The translations under genes were made by a program, and so were the position numbers. Below are positions 1-8,806 of a stretch of 64,000 nucleotides of DNA, piece by piece. The notes below the pieces were generated by a model. That model did not search any database and had not been told where the DNA came from. It worked only from the letters and a program-made list of their open reading frames with translations. The stretch is from Desulfatiglandales bacterium. GTDB lineage: Bacteria > Desulfobacterota > DSM-4660 > Desulfatiglandales > Desulfatiglandaceae. Location of the stretch: assembly GCA_963662465.1 (NCBI GenBank), contig OY759599.1:7264001-7328000 (forward strand), read 5' to 3'. The stretch's first letter is position 1, and every line of letters starts with the position of its first letter.

Positions 1-377
1 AACCCCAGATGACGGGCTATCCGTTTGGTAATGGAAACCGCAAGAATATCCGAAGGATCGGCCGTCTCTCCCCGTTGTGTACGCTCCAGGTTGTCAATAC
101 CGGCCTTGGTTGTAGCGGTGTAAAGATGGGCATCGGGTGGGACCGGCGTCATTTTCTTGAACAAACGGTCCAGAAGATCATGAATCATGGATGGCGCGTT
201 GGACCCATCGAGGTCTTTAATGCAGGCGGCGAAACGGCTTCGGTATCTTTCCACCGAAAATCGTTCAACCGGCGTGATGGCCGAGCGCCCGGACAAAAGC
301 TGCTGCCATAATTCATCGAGGTTTCGACCGAGCGCCGTCACCGCTGTTGCATCAGTTACCCAAACCGCTACCGTCAT
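1..377 (-). CDS. Beta-ketoacyl synthase (FabF-like) N-terminal part; runs off the window edge
   Basis: Not in the ORF track. My translation from ATG 377 gives MTVAVWVTDATAVTALGRNLDELWQQLLSGRSAITPVERF, the typical ketosynthase N-terminus. The frame is open to position 1. Confidence 0.7.
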   Translation of the reverse strand, partial: MTVAVWVTDATAVTALGRNLDELWQQLLSGRSAITPVERFSVERYRSRFAACIKDLDGSNAPSMIHDLLDRLFKKMTPVPPDAHLYTATTKAGIDNLERTQRGETADPSDILAVSITKRIARHLG

Positions 378-393
378 TCAAACACCCCGTCCG

Positions 394-843
394 CTATTCG
401 GTTTGAGTCTTGTCCAATGATTTACAGTCCCCCTTCCAATAGGCCTTCTCCACTTTGTTTTCCCGATCCACATCAAAATACGTGATGCAATAATCCATGG
501 CGGGAACCGACTGGCCCAGAACGGTTGCCGTTACTTCACCGGGGCCTGATTTTCGGCTGTCAATATTGGGTGGATATTCAATCAATGCAGAATGGGCCAG
601 AGGGTTCATGGCATATTCATTTTTGGTTTCCACATACACAAAAACCTTTTTGTCGCCGGGCGCATTAAATGTCCTTCCGGGAGGTCCCCAGGATTCCACG
701 AGCCTGCTGCTTTCCGCCCCCACATAGGTCCGGCAAAGTTCGGTATACCCCTTGCCCGTGGGAAAATGCAGTGTTTTACAGCCCGAAAACAATAAACATG
801 CAGACATCGAAATAAACGCCAATCGCAGAATAAAAAATTTCAT
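394..843 (-). CDS. Hypothetical lipoprotein
   Basis: Lipobox LFSGC after a hydrophobic N-terminus; WGPP motif; RBS GAGG upstream. Confidence 0.7.
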   Translation of the reverse strand: MKFFILRLAFISMSACLLFSGCKTLHFPTGKGYTELCRTYVGAESSRLVESWGPPGRTFNAPGDKKVFVYVETKNEYAMNPLAHSALIEYPPNIDSRKSGPGEVTATVLGQSVPAMDYCITYFDVDRENKVEKAYWKGDCKSLDKTQTE

Positions 844-1035
844 GGGACCTCCTCAAGGAAGAATATGGGAAATGAACCTTTTCAGGCGGGCAATATAGCG
901 CCTATGAAGCATGGCCGCAACCAAAAAGGGCACAGATGAATCGGATACCGGTTTACTCTTTCAGAAAATTATGGTAGCCGTTGCCTCAGGTGCAGTAGGC
1001 ATCAATACCACGAAAGGTTCTGGAAACAGGGATCA

Positions 1036-2142
1036 ATGGGAATGAAATGTGAAAGCAACGAGGCCATTCGAACCCTCCTGAAAAATGGGGTTGAAGAAGG
1101 GGTCTATCCCGGCGCCGTTCTGCTGGCGGCCCAAAAAGGTCACAGGGTATTTTTTGAATGCGCCGGAAATCGGACACTGTTTCCAGAGCCACTTCCCATG
1201 GAAAAGGACACCCCCTTTGACTTGGCCTCCCTGACTAAACCCCTGGCCACCACCCTGGCTATCATGAAACTGGTGGACCAGGGAAAGGTTCATCCGGATC
1301 AACCCCTTGGCGACCTGTTGCGAAAACCCGTCCCCCCGGACAAGGCGGCCATTACCCTTCGATTCCTTCTGGCCCATTGCGCGGGTCTTTCAAGCTGGGA
1401 ACCTTTTTATCTTGAGCTTGCAGGCCAAAAGCGCCGGATGAGAAAAGTCCTGCTCAGAGAACAATTATTAAAAATGTCCCTCAAGTCCGCACCCGGAGAA
1501 AAAACTGATTACAGTGATCTTGGGTTCATGATTCTTGAATGGGTGGTAGAGGAATTCACGGGAAATACCCTTCCCCAATTCCTTGATCATCATTTTTTGA
1601 GGCCTCTTTCCCTGGAAAAAGCGCTTTTTTTTGGCGGTATTCCCCCTCAGCGCATTGAAACCCGATTTGCCGCTACGGAAAACTGCCCCTGGCGCAAGCG
1701 AATGCTTCAAGGGGAGGTGCATGACGAAAACGCCTGGGCACTGGGCGGATATTCAGGACACGCAGGCCTTTTTGGTACGGCGGAAGGCGTTTATGGCCTG
1801 GCCAATCTCCTCAGGGAACATTTTCACGGATTGCGCAAGGATTACCTTCAACCGAAAACGGTTAGGGCCTTTTTTGAAAGGCAACAGCTTGTGACGGGCA
1901 GCACCTGGGCACTGGGGTGGGACACCCCTTCCCCCCTCAATTCAAGTGCGGGAAACCATTTTTCACCTGGTTCCGTAGGACATCTGGGATTCACGGGGAC
2001 TTCCCTGTGGATGGACCTTCATCATGATGTGATGGTCATTTTTTTGACCAATCGCATCCATCCGTCCAGGCAAAATACAGCCATCAGGGCCTTCAGACCC
2101 AGACTGCACAATCTGGTGATGGAACAACTCGATATGGACTAA
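1036..2142 (+). CDS. Serine hydrolase, beta-lactamase/class C-like family
   Basis: FDLASLTK (SxxK), YSDLGF, GHAGLF and GHLGFTGT motifs. Confidence 0.9.
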   Translation: MGMKCESNEAIRTLLKNGVEEGVYPGAVLLAAQKGHRVFFECAGNRTLFPEPLPMEKDTPFDLASLTKPLATTLAIMKLVDQGKVHPDQPLGDLLRKPVPPDKAAITLRFLLAHCAGLSSWEPFYLELAGQKRRMRKVLLREQLLKMSLKSAPGEKTDYSDLGFMILEWVVEEFTGNTLPQFLDHHFLRPLSLEKALFFGGIPPQRIETRFAATENCPWRKRMLQGEVHDENAWALGGYSGHAGLFGTAEGVYGLANLLREHFHGLRKDYLQPKTVRAFFERQQLVTGSTWALGWDTPSPLNSSAGNHFSPGSVGHLGFTGTSLWMDLHHDVMVIFLTNRIHPSRQNTAIRAFRPRLHNLVMEQLDMD

Positions 2143-2175
2143 GGCGGCAAGCCGTAGTTAGGGAGATAGACCACA

Positions 2176-2700
2176 ATGGCGGAAATCAGAAGCACCCTCG
2201 ACATCATCATGGAAAAAGCCAAAACCCTCACCGTGACCGATGAGGACAAAAAGGGATTTTTAGAAAAAGAAGTTCAAGGCCAGGTCAAAGGATTTTTTCA
2301 GAAGTACCTGGACGGAATTTTATCGATCGATCAACTCAAAACCGAAATGGCATCCTTTGATCAGGATCGAAGGCCTGTTGCGGAAAAGGCACTGCTGGCG
2401 GAGTGTTTAGGCGCCATAATCACGGAAGGAAACAATGGTCCGCTTTTTGAGGTGCTGGGCAAACTTCTGGGATGCAATGTCAAACCGATTCTGAGTGTGA
2501 TTCTTGAATTTCAGGAACAGCAAAAACAAGAGCGCGATAAAAGGACAATCGCCCAAATTCAAGTATTAAAGGAGTGGGGTGTATCCGGGTCCGCGGTCGT
2601 CCCCAACCTCGGGGCAAGCACTGCCTGGCGCGAATATCTGACGGATATGGAAAATCGATTTCAAGAAAGGCTCAAGGCTTTGCATATGGCCGCTTCGTAA
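2176..2700 (+). CDS. Hypothetical helical protein
   Basis: 174 aa ORF, RBS GGGAGA, starts MAEIRSTLDIIMEK. Confidence 0.75.
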   Translation: MAEIRSTLDIIMEKAKTLTVTDEDKKGFLEKEVQGQVKGFFQKYLDGILSIDQLKTEMASFDQDRRPVAEKALLAECLGAIITEGNNGPLFEVLGKLLGCNVKPILSVILEFQEQQKQERDKRTIAQIQVLKEWGVSGSAVVPNLGASTAWREYLTDMENRFQERLKALHMAAS

Positions 2701-2827
2701 GGGCTATGCTTGAGAGGGAATACACGAAGGCATCCCCTTTCCATTGCTCTCTATGGGAACGAAGGAAAAATGTGCGAATGAATTCGCACCTACATCCTGA
2801 GACCAGTGATGCACCGTAAAGAATGAA

Positions 2828-2856
2828 TTGACATTATTTTGGCCATTGTCTATATT
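2828..2856 (+). promoter_or_regulatory. sigma70-like promoter
   Basis: TTGACA-N17-TATATT upstream of ORF 3013. Confidence 0.55.
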
Positions 2857-2928
2857 TTTACCATTATTTGTGTTTTAGTACCTTATCTTCAGGTTTTCTG
2901 TAACAAAAAACAATAAAGTTTGTAACCG

Positions 2929-2978
2929 CTTGAACTTAAAACTTAAAACTTAAAACTTAGAACTTAAAACTTAAAACT
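2929..2978. repeat. Heptamer tandem array (CTTAAAA)n
   Basis: About 7 imperfect copies of CTTAAAA, intergenic. Confidence 0.9.
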
Positions 2979-3012
2979 GCGGCTCTGCTGTTTTCAATGG
3001 GAGGATCGTTTT

Positions 3013-4122
3013 ATGGAAAAACAGAGATTGTTTTATTTGTTTCTTTTTGGGTTGTTGATGACACCATGCCTTCTTTTTTCGGCTGGCACAGGGGTGGCTC
3101 AGGATTTGTCTGAAAGCCATGACCCGCTTGGAGACTGTAATGCCATTTCTTCTCCGTCCGAAAATGAATCACAAGCATCCAACAACAACATCACAAAACT
3201 GAATGATTGCTCCAAAGCGAATTTTTTATTGAACTGGGCAGAGTACAAGTTTCCGGGACTGTTTCCTTCGGGCCCCGTAACGCAATATATGACACAACCT
3301 GAGGCCTTTTACAGAGCGTATTCAACCAACGTACTTCTGGGTACGCATCGAGATCATATCTATCTGCTTGATCAGCAATCTCAGTTAACAGACTATGGTG
3401 TCGTGGATGACTGGGTTGCCATAGCCCAGGATCCGAATGCTGGTGAGGTAATGTTCGGATACGTTTTTTCATCCATTTCCCTGGATCGTGATCCGGGACA
3501 AGGCGATTGCGGTATCGGTCCGTGGGCTGATCCTTACTGTACCAGCTTGAAAATATGGTGGAAAATGCAGTTGAAGGCTTTTGCCATGTCTCCCGTACTG
3601 ATCATTCCGGATGGTGAGAATCGCTGGGTTATTACCAACTTAGGCGCTGTGGCCGAAAAATATAGTGTGTCATTGCCCGATTCATCGGACCTGGGAACCT
3701 ATCAGTACATGTTCCTGGATCCTTCAGTGACCAATCCAGAGTGCACCGTCGCCCAGTTCGAAGGAGCGGATTTTTCTTTTCAGGTCATGGGAACGCGGGA
3801 AAATGGGTTGACAGAACTGATTATTTCTTCAAACGCTATTGAATCCACGGCGGGAAACTGCATGCAGGCGGCTTTCGCGTATGAGACTACTTATTTGCTC
3901 AATGGATGGGCCGCGGGACTCAGCGGCGATCCCATGGATTTGCGAGTGGAATTAAATGACACCTTCATGAATGCTCCCGGACAGTACACATTTATCAATA
4001 CGATCGATACCAATCCCAGCCCTGAAAACCGTGACCATGTCCGCGTGGAACTGGGCTTTTATTGTACGGATTCGATCAGTGGACCAGGAGTGCATGAAAG
4101 TATCCCATGCCCATGGGAATGA
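3013..4122 (+). CDS. Secreted hypothetical protein
   Basis: Sec-type signal peptide (..AGTGVA|Q), several Cys, RBS GGAGG. Confidence 0.75.
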   Translation: MEKQRLFYLFLFGLLMTPCLLFSAGTGVAQDLSESHDPLGDCNAISSPSENESQASNNNITKLNDCSKANFLLNWAEYKFPGLFPSGPVTQYMTQPEAFYRAYSTNVLLGTHRDHIYLLDQQSQLTDYGVVDDWVAIAQDPNAGEVMFGYVFSSISLDRDPGQGDCGIGPWADPYCTSLKIWWKMQLKAFAMSPVLIIPDGENRWVITNLGAVAEKYSVSLPDSSDLGTYQYMFLDPSVTNPECTVAQFEGADFSFQVMGTRENGLTELIISSNAIESTAGNCMQAAFAYETTYLLNGWAAGLSGDPMDLRVELNDTFMNAPGQYTFINTIDTNPSPENRDHVRVELGFYCTDSISGPGVHESIPCPWE

Positions 4123-4189
4123 TCTGAAGTCCGCCGAATTGAGCATAAGAGGTTGGGCACTTGTCTGTTTCTTTTGCGGAAAAAAGGAA

Positions 4190-4594
4190 ATGCTTGAAAG
4201 AAGAGAATTCATTCGGAAAAGTGTTTTATGGGGATCATATGCTCTGGGCGCCGTTGCCATCGGTTATCCGGTTTTTTCTTTTATAAGCTTCGGGAAAATG
4301 ACCGAGCAAAAGGTCATTTTTCCGCCCGATGCCCAGCATGCCGGCGCCAATTTTAAAGAAGGCGTCTACCTTATCCCCGAAACGGACGGGTTTCGAGCCC
4401 TCTCCGCCAAATGCCCTCACCTGGGATGCACCGTCAATTTTGACCCGGTTTCCGGAAAATTCAAATGCCCCTGCCATGGCAGCACCTTTGGCCCTTCAGG
4501 AGAATGGCTCTCGGGACCTGCCGGGCGGAATCTTCGTTCGCTTCCGGTTAAAAGTAAACCGAATGGCGACATTGAAATCGTTGTGAAGATTTGA
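4190..4594 (+). CDS. Rieske 2Fe-2S protein of a Rieske/cytochrome b complex
   Basis: Tat-like ERREF plus TM anchor; CPHLGC and CPCHGS boxes; GPA motif. Start moved to ATG 4190 (RBS AAGGA). Confidence 0.9.
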   Translation: MLERREFIRKSVLWGSYALGAVAIGYPVFSFISFGKMTEQKVIFPPDAQHAGANFKEGVYLIPETDGFRALSAKCPHLGCTVNFDPVSGKFKCPCHGSTFGPSGEWLSGPAGRNLRSLPVKSKPNGDIEIVVKI

Positions 4595-4601
4595 TTGAGA
4601 A

Positions 4602-5522
4602 TTGGATTCGTTGCTTACGAATAAAACCGGCCACGGCATTTCGACCGGAATTTCCTCATATCTTCCCCGTCTGGGACTCTCCGCGCTGGTTTTATGCCTC
4701 CTCTCAGGTATTATTCTGTCGTTTTACTATCGCCCCATGGGAAATGTTTTTCAAAACGTCGAAGAAATCACAACCCTTGTGCCCTATGGCTGGTTTTTTA
4801 GACAGCTTCATTTTGCTTCAGGCCAGCTTTTTGTGATTCTGATGCTCATCCATACGATGGACCACTTTCACCAGAAACGATATCGCCTTTACCCTGAGGG
4901 ACGGTGGCAACGACTCGTATTTTCTCTATGCCTTTGCTTTTACGCCCTTTTCACGGGGTTCATCCTGAAAGGCGATAAGGAAGGACTTTTTGCGGCCCGG
5001 ATTTTCATGAATATTGCAAGTGGCCTGCCTCTGGTAGGCAACCCCCTTTCCAGGCTGTTCATTCTGCCCGGAAAAGACATCTTCTTTCTTCCCTATCTGT
5101 ACCACTGTTTCTTTCTTCCCCTTTTTATCCTGTATTTGATCAGAAATCATATCCGTAACTGGTTTCCTAAACAGAAGTTCCTTTATGTGGGCGCCCTGGG
5201 TCTGTGCCTGTATGCGCTCTTTGTAAAACCGTTTATGGATATTCCACCCGAGGCGTTTGCGGCATCCGTCAAAGGCCCCTGGTTTTTCCTGGGTCTTCAG
5301 ACTTTACTGAAAACCGTTCCCGCAACGCTGGCGGGTATTGTTTTTCCTGCCTTTTTCCTGGTTTGTGTGATAATCCTTCCGAGCATTGAAAAGGATTCGG
5401 GAAAATTGGGTTTAGAAAAATCAACACTGAGGGTCATTTCCCTGGGGCTTCACGGGCTGACTGTGCTGGTATTTTTTCTTTATGCCCTTTTGACGCTTAA
5501 GGCGGCACTGTGGGAGCCTTGA
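4602..5522 (+). CDS. Cytochrome b (PetB/QcrB-like, unsplit)
   Basis: [19 protein letters not shown] (helix B) and YH..H (helix D) heme ligands, FTGFIL, GPWFF in the PEWY position. Confidence 0.85.
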   Translation: MDSLLTNKTGHGISTGISSYLPRLGLSALVLCLLSGIILSFYYRPMGNVFQNVEEITTLVPYGWFFRQLHFASGQLFVILMLIHTMDHFHQKRYRLYPEGRWQRLVFSLCLCFYALFTGFILKGDKEGLFAARIFMNIASGLPLVGNPLSRLFILPGKDIFFLPYLYHCFFLPLFILYLIRNHIRNWFPKQKFLYVGALGLCLYALFVKPFMDIPPEAFAASVKGPWFFLGLQTLLKTVPATLAGIVFPAFFLVCVIILPSIEKDSGKLGLEKSTLRVISLGLHGLTVLVFFLYALLTLKAALWEP

Positions 5523-5550
5523 TCGGAGGTCAGAGGTCAGAGGTCGGAGG
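5523..5550. repeat. Heptamer tandem array (TCRGAGG)x4
   Basis: tcggagg tcagagg tcagagg tcggagg. Confidence 0.85.
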
Positions 5551-5571
5551 ATCAATATCAAGGAGGACAAG

Positions 5572-6093
5572 ATGAGAGAAAAGATAAGGATTGTAAGGGA
5601 AGACATCACTAAATTGAAGGTTGACGCCATTGTCAACGCCGCCAACAATTCCCTTCTGGGGGGTGGGGGCGTTGATGGAGCTATTCACCGTGCGGCGGGA
5701 CCGGCCTTGCTGGAGGAGACACGAAAGATAGGCGGGTGCCCCACCGGGGAAGCGCGGGTGAGCAAGGGATACCATCTCCCCGCAAAATGGGTGATTCATA
5801 CGGTGGGACCGATCTGGAAAGGGGGCGGCCGGAACGAAGAAACACTCCTGGCTAACTGTTACCGAAACAGCCTTCGGGCGGCTGTGGAAAAAGGGGCCCG
5901 AACCGTGGCGTTTCCGGCCATCAGTACCGGCGTTTACGGGTTTCCTCTTGAAAGAGCCACTGAAATCGCCATAACGGAAACCATGAGGTTTCTTGAAAAG
6001 GATGACCTGCTGGATCAGATTATATTTGTCTGTTTTGGAAAAACGGCGATGGATGTCTATCAGACGGCTTCTTCCCGCTTGATCACGGCATAA
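5572..6093 (+). CDS. Macro-domain O-acetyl-ADP-ribose deacetylase (YmdB-like)
   Basis: [29 protein letters not shown] and [12 protein letters not shown] motifs. Confidence 0.95.
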   Translation: MREKIRIVREDITKLKVDAIVNAANNSLLGGGGVDGAIHRAAGPALLEETRKIGGCPTGEARVSKGYHLPAKWVIHTVGPIWKGGGRNEETLLANCYRNSLRAAVEKGARTVAFPAISTGVYGFPLERATEIAITETMRFLEKDDLLDQIIFVCFGKTAMDVYQTASSRLITA

Positions 6094-6299
6094 TCCCAAG
6101 CCCGTTGGCAAGTCCGGTTTCAATAGATGCTCAGTCCGTTTCGCCGAGCTGATCAGTTATTGCCGTGTAATTGCCGATAAATTGTCTGTGCGTTTTTAAA
6201 GATTTGAAATATCTTTGGCGGGTCTTCGAAAGTTTCCATTTGAAACGTTTTTGCCTTGTGGTATGATCCATTCTCACTACCTACAAAGGGGTTTGTACT

Positions 6300-6626
6300 A
6301 TGAAGCCGTTTATTCGTTTTGACATGAAAGTTCCCATCCGTATTTTCCGAGAAGGTGATGGATTTGTTTCCCACTGCCCTGTTTTTGATGTGTCTTCTCA
6401 AGGCGATACGGAAGAAGAAGCTAGAGCAAACCTGGGCGAGGCCCTTACCGGTTTTATCATGGTGTGTCATGAGATGGGTACTATTTTTGAAGTTATGGAA
6501 GAAGCTGGGTTCGTCCCCGGTATAGCGGAGCAACCGGGATCTCCCACCGACAACGAAATTGATCTTATTGACATCCCTCTGCCTTTTATGCTCGCGGATG
6601 ATGGATCTTCCGAATGCCGCACATAA
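6300..6626 (+). CDS. hicB: HicB-family antitoxin
   Basis: FVSHCP.FDVSSQGDTEEEARANLGEA HicB fold motif. Confidence 0.85.
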   Translation: MKPFIRFDMKVPIRIFREGDGFVSHCPVFDVSSQGDTEEEARANLGEALTGFIMVCHEMGTIFEVMEEAGFVPGIAEQPGSPTDNEIDLIDIPLPFMLADDGSSECRT

Positions 6627-6847
6627 CCCCGGTACACTGGAAAAAACTCGAGTGTGTTTTCTTTCGATACGGGTTTGAATTTGCCCGGCAGGTTGGTTCT
6701 CACAGGCATTACGTCAAAAAGGGTATCAATAGGCCCGTGGTTATTCCTGCGCACCCCAAGCCTGTAAAGGTCTTCGTCATCCAAAGCAACCTGAGAACGG
6801 CTAAAATGAATCGAGACGAATATTTTAGGTATCTGGCTGATTGTTGA
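6614..6847 (+). CDS. hicA: HicA-family toxin
   Basis: GFEFARQVGSHRHY...VVIPAH motif. Confidence 0.85.
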   Translation: MPHITPVHWKKLECVFFRYGFEFARQVGSHRHYVKKGINRPVVIPAHPKPVKVFVIQSNLRTAKMNRDEYFRYLADC

Positions 6848-6957
6848 TCTGTGTAAACAACTTTAGCAGTTCTGTGCGTCACGTCCGGGAAGATAGGCAA
6901 ATTGCTCCGAACGGTTTTGCTTGCCTCACGGATCACAGGAGTATCCGCATCCCTGTC

Positions 6958-7212
6958 CTATCCATGCTCATCCTTCAGGAAATGCTGATGGTACTCCTCT
7001 TCACTGAGATAGCGTTTCAACAGGTACGTCAGAAGGTTAAACAACTTTTCCAGGTCTTCTTCGCTCATGCGCTCCCGCATCAAGGCCATGTGCGCATCAT
7101 CTGAGAATTTCTGGAGATAATAGATAATGGTGTGTTCATCCCCCTCCCTGTCAAGTCCGAAGCCTACGAGGCCCTCATATTCTTCTACAAATTTGTGGGT
7201 ATGCTTTTCCAT
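6958..7212 (-). CDS. Small cytoplasmic hypothetical protein
   Basis: 84 aa acidic ORF with RBS AGGGA. Confidence 0.7.
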   Translation of the reverse strand: MEKHTHKFVEEYEGLVGFGLDREGDEHTIIYYLQKFSDDAHMALMRERMSEEDLEKLFNLLTYLLKRYLSEEEYHQHFLKDEHG

Positions 7213-7268
7213 TAGTCCCTTATTCCCTAAAAACCTGTCACAAAAAACAAGAAATTCATTGACAGAAC

Positions 7269-7314
7269 AACTTAAAACTTAAAACTTAAAACCTAAAACC
7301 TAAAACTTAAAACC
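7269..7314. repeat. Heptamer tandem array (CYTAAAA)n
   Basis: About 6 copies directly downstream of the LUD gene. Confidence 0.9.
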
Positions 7315-7327
7315 GCGGCTTGCCGCC

Positions 7328-7972
7328 TTAGAACCCCATTGCCTGGTTCACCAGAACCACCGACATGTCGGTCATCATGGGTTTTCGGTGAAAAATGGTG
7401 GTAATTCGGCAGATTCGCTGAGGAGAATTGCAGTCGTTGCAAACACCCGTCTCCGCGCAGGGGGTGTCCATGTTGAGGCTTTTGGCCCGCATGGGACCCG
7501 CCATTTCCCTGACCCGGTTAAGGGCCGACTCCAGATCATGGGTTACCTTGTTCATGCCCGCCGCCACCACCACTTTTCGGGGGCCGAAACTCATGGCATT
7601 GGTGCGGTTGCCCACGCCATCCACATTGACAATCTCACCGGTGGCGGAGATGGCATTGGCGCTGCAGAAAAAGCAATCGCATCGCCCCTGCAAAAGCCGA
7701 AGCGCCAGATCTTCCTCTTTGGGAAGATCGGTTTGCCAGTGATCATATATGGTTTTCCCCTGCCCTTTGAGCGCTTCGGTGAATCCCAGTGCCCGGGTGG
7801 TATCCGACCCGCCGAAACCAAAGGTGTCAAAATCTGAAACCATATTCAGAATCAGGGTTTTCGCGTCCTCCGGCGTGGAAACGAAGTGGGCGTCAAAGCC
7901 ATGCTTTTTGAGATTTTTAACGCATTTTTCGCCCAGCTTTTCCCAAAGCCATGTCTGGTAGTTGTTTGCCAT
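7328..7972 (-). CDS. LUD-domain (lactate utilization, DUF1121-like) protein
   Basis: GGS.T, SANAI..GEIVNVDG.GNR, GMNKV and PC..TG.C.DCNSP.RIC motifs. Confidence 0.85.
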   Translation of the reverse strand: MANNYQTWLWEKLGEKCVKNLKKHGFDAHFVSTPEDAKTLILNMVSDFDTFGFGGSDTTRALGFTEALKGQGKTIYDHWQTDLPKEEDLALRLLQGRCDCFFCSANAISATGEIVNVDGVGNRTNAMSFGPRKVVVAAGMNKVTHDLESALNRVREMAGPMRAKSLNMDTPCAETGVCNDCNSPQRICRITTIFHRKPMMTDMSVVLVNQAMGF

Positions 7973-8005
7973 TGATTATCTCCTTGCGGAATTTAGGATT
8001 CATCA

Positions 8006-8791
8006 TCAATTCTTTTCCGGGCGAATTGTAATGAATTCCTTTTTTAGAATGGAAGCCATGACGACCCGGTCTATGGATGGATGCATCGCCATCAGGCGTT
8101 GCGCCAGATCACGCGCCGCCCCATCATCAGAAAGCACATCCAATTGGTTCAAAACAACCATCCGCCGCGCTGAAACTGGCGTATTCTTAAACAGGCCGGC
8201 TTGTCCGCCAAAGGCCCTGGCCAACTCCTTGGGACCCAGAATATCTCCCTCTTCAAGTCCGGTCAGTTCCTTGAACAATGCCGGTCTGAAAACAATGTCA
8301 GGCCCGAGGGGCTTGTCCAGGGCGCCCAAGCCCATCACCGCAATGACGCCCGTTACGGATTTGGGGATCACCGGTTCACGGGCCGCGGGCGCCTTCACGG
8401 GGCGACCCGCGGCGCCATCCGCCTCGATAATTACATGTTCCACCCAGGGTTTCCCGAACAGATCATCGGCCATGGTGGAAGGGATGCCTTCTATCTTTCC
8501 GTTCTCAAGGAACTCCCGGCCCACAAATATACTGCCCGCTTCATCGAGTCCTTTCTTTACGGCTTCCAGTCCCAAACTGTCGGGGGGGCAAAGCACCAGG
8601 CGGGGAAAGGCATGGGCTTCCTCGCGCCAGACCTTGGTGGTGGTGGTTGAGACCACCCTTGCCCCTGCTTCTCTCAATGCCGTCGCCAGTGCAAAACAAA
8701 GGGTCGTCTTTCCACCTCCGCCCACAACGGCTAGATGCTCTTTAGGGCCGAGACCTAGAGCGGCAATCAAATCTTCCTTCAATCGTTCCAA
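8006..8791 (-). CDS. yqeC: Selenium-cofactor accessory protein YqeC
   Basis: VGGGGKTT, STTTK and EADGAAGRPVKAP..EPVIP motifs. Confidence 0.85.
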   Translation of the reverse strand: MERLKEDLIAALGLGPKEHLAVVGGGGKTTLCFALATALREAGARVVSTTTTKVWREEAHAFPRLVLCPPDSLGLEAVKKGLDEAGSIFVGREFLENGKIEGIPSTMADDLFGKPWVEHVIIEADGAAGRPVKAPAAREPVIPKSVTGVIAVMGLGALDKPLGPDIVFRPALFKELTGLEEGDILGPKELARAFGGQAGLFKNTPVSARRMVVLNQLDVLSDDGAARDLAQRLMAMHPSIDRVVMASILKKEFITIRPEKN

Positions 8792-8806
8792 AAAAATGCC
8801 CCCCGA

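Noticed and set aside
885..905. sigma54 promoter for the lipoprotein/KS genes
   Set aside because: GG-to-GC spacing is 9 nt rather than the required 10.
3971..4189. N-terminal extension of the Rieske ORF
   Set aside because: Overlaps the upstream gene; the Tat motif and RBS indicate a start at 4190.
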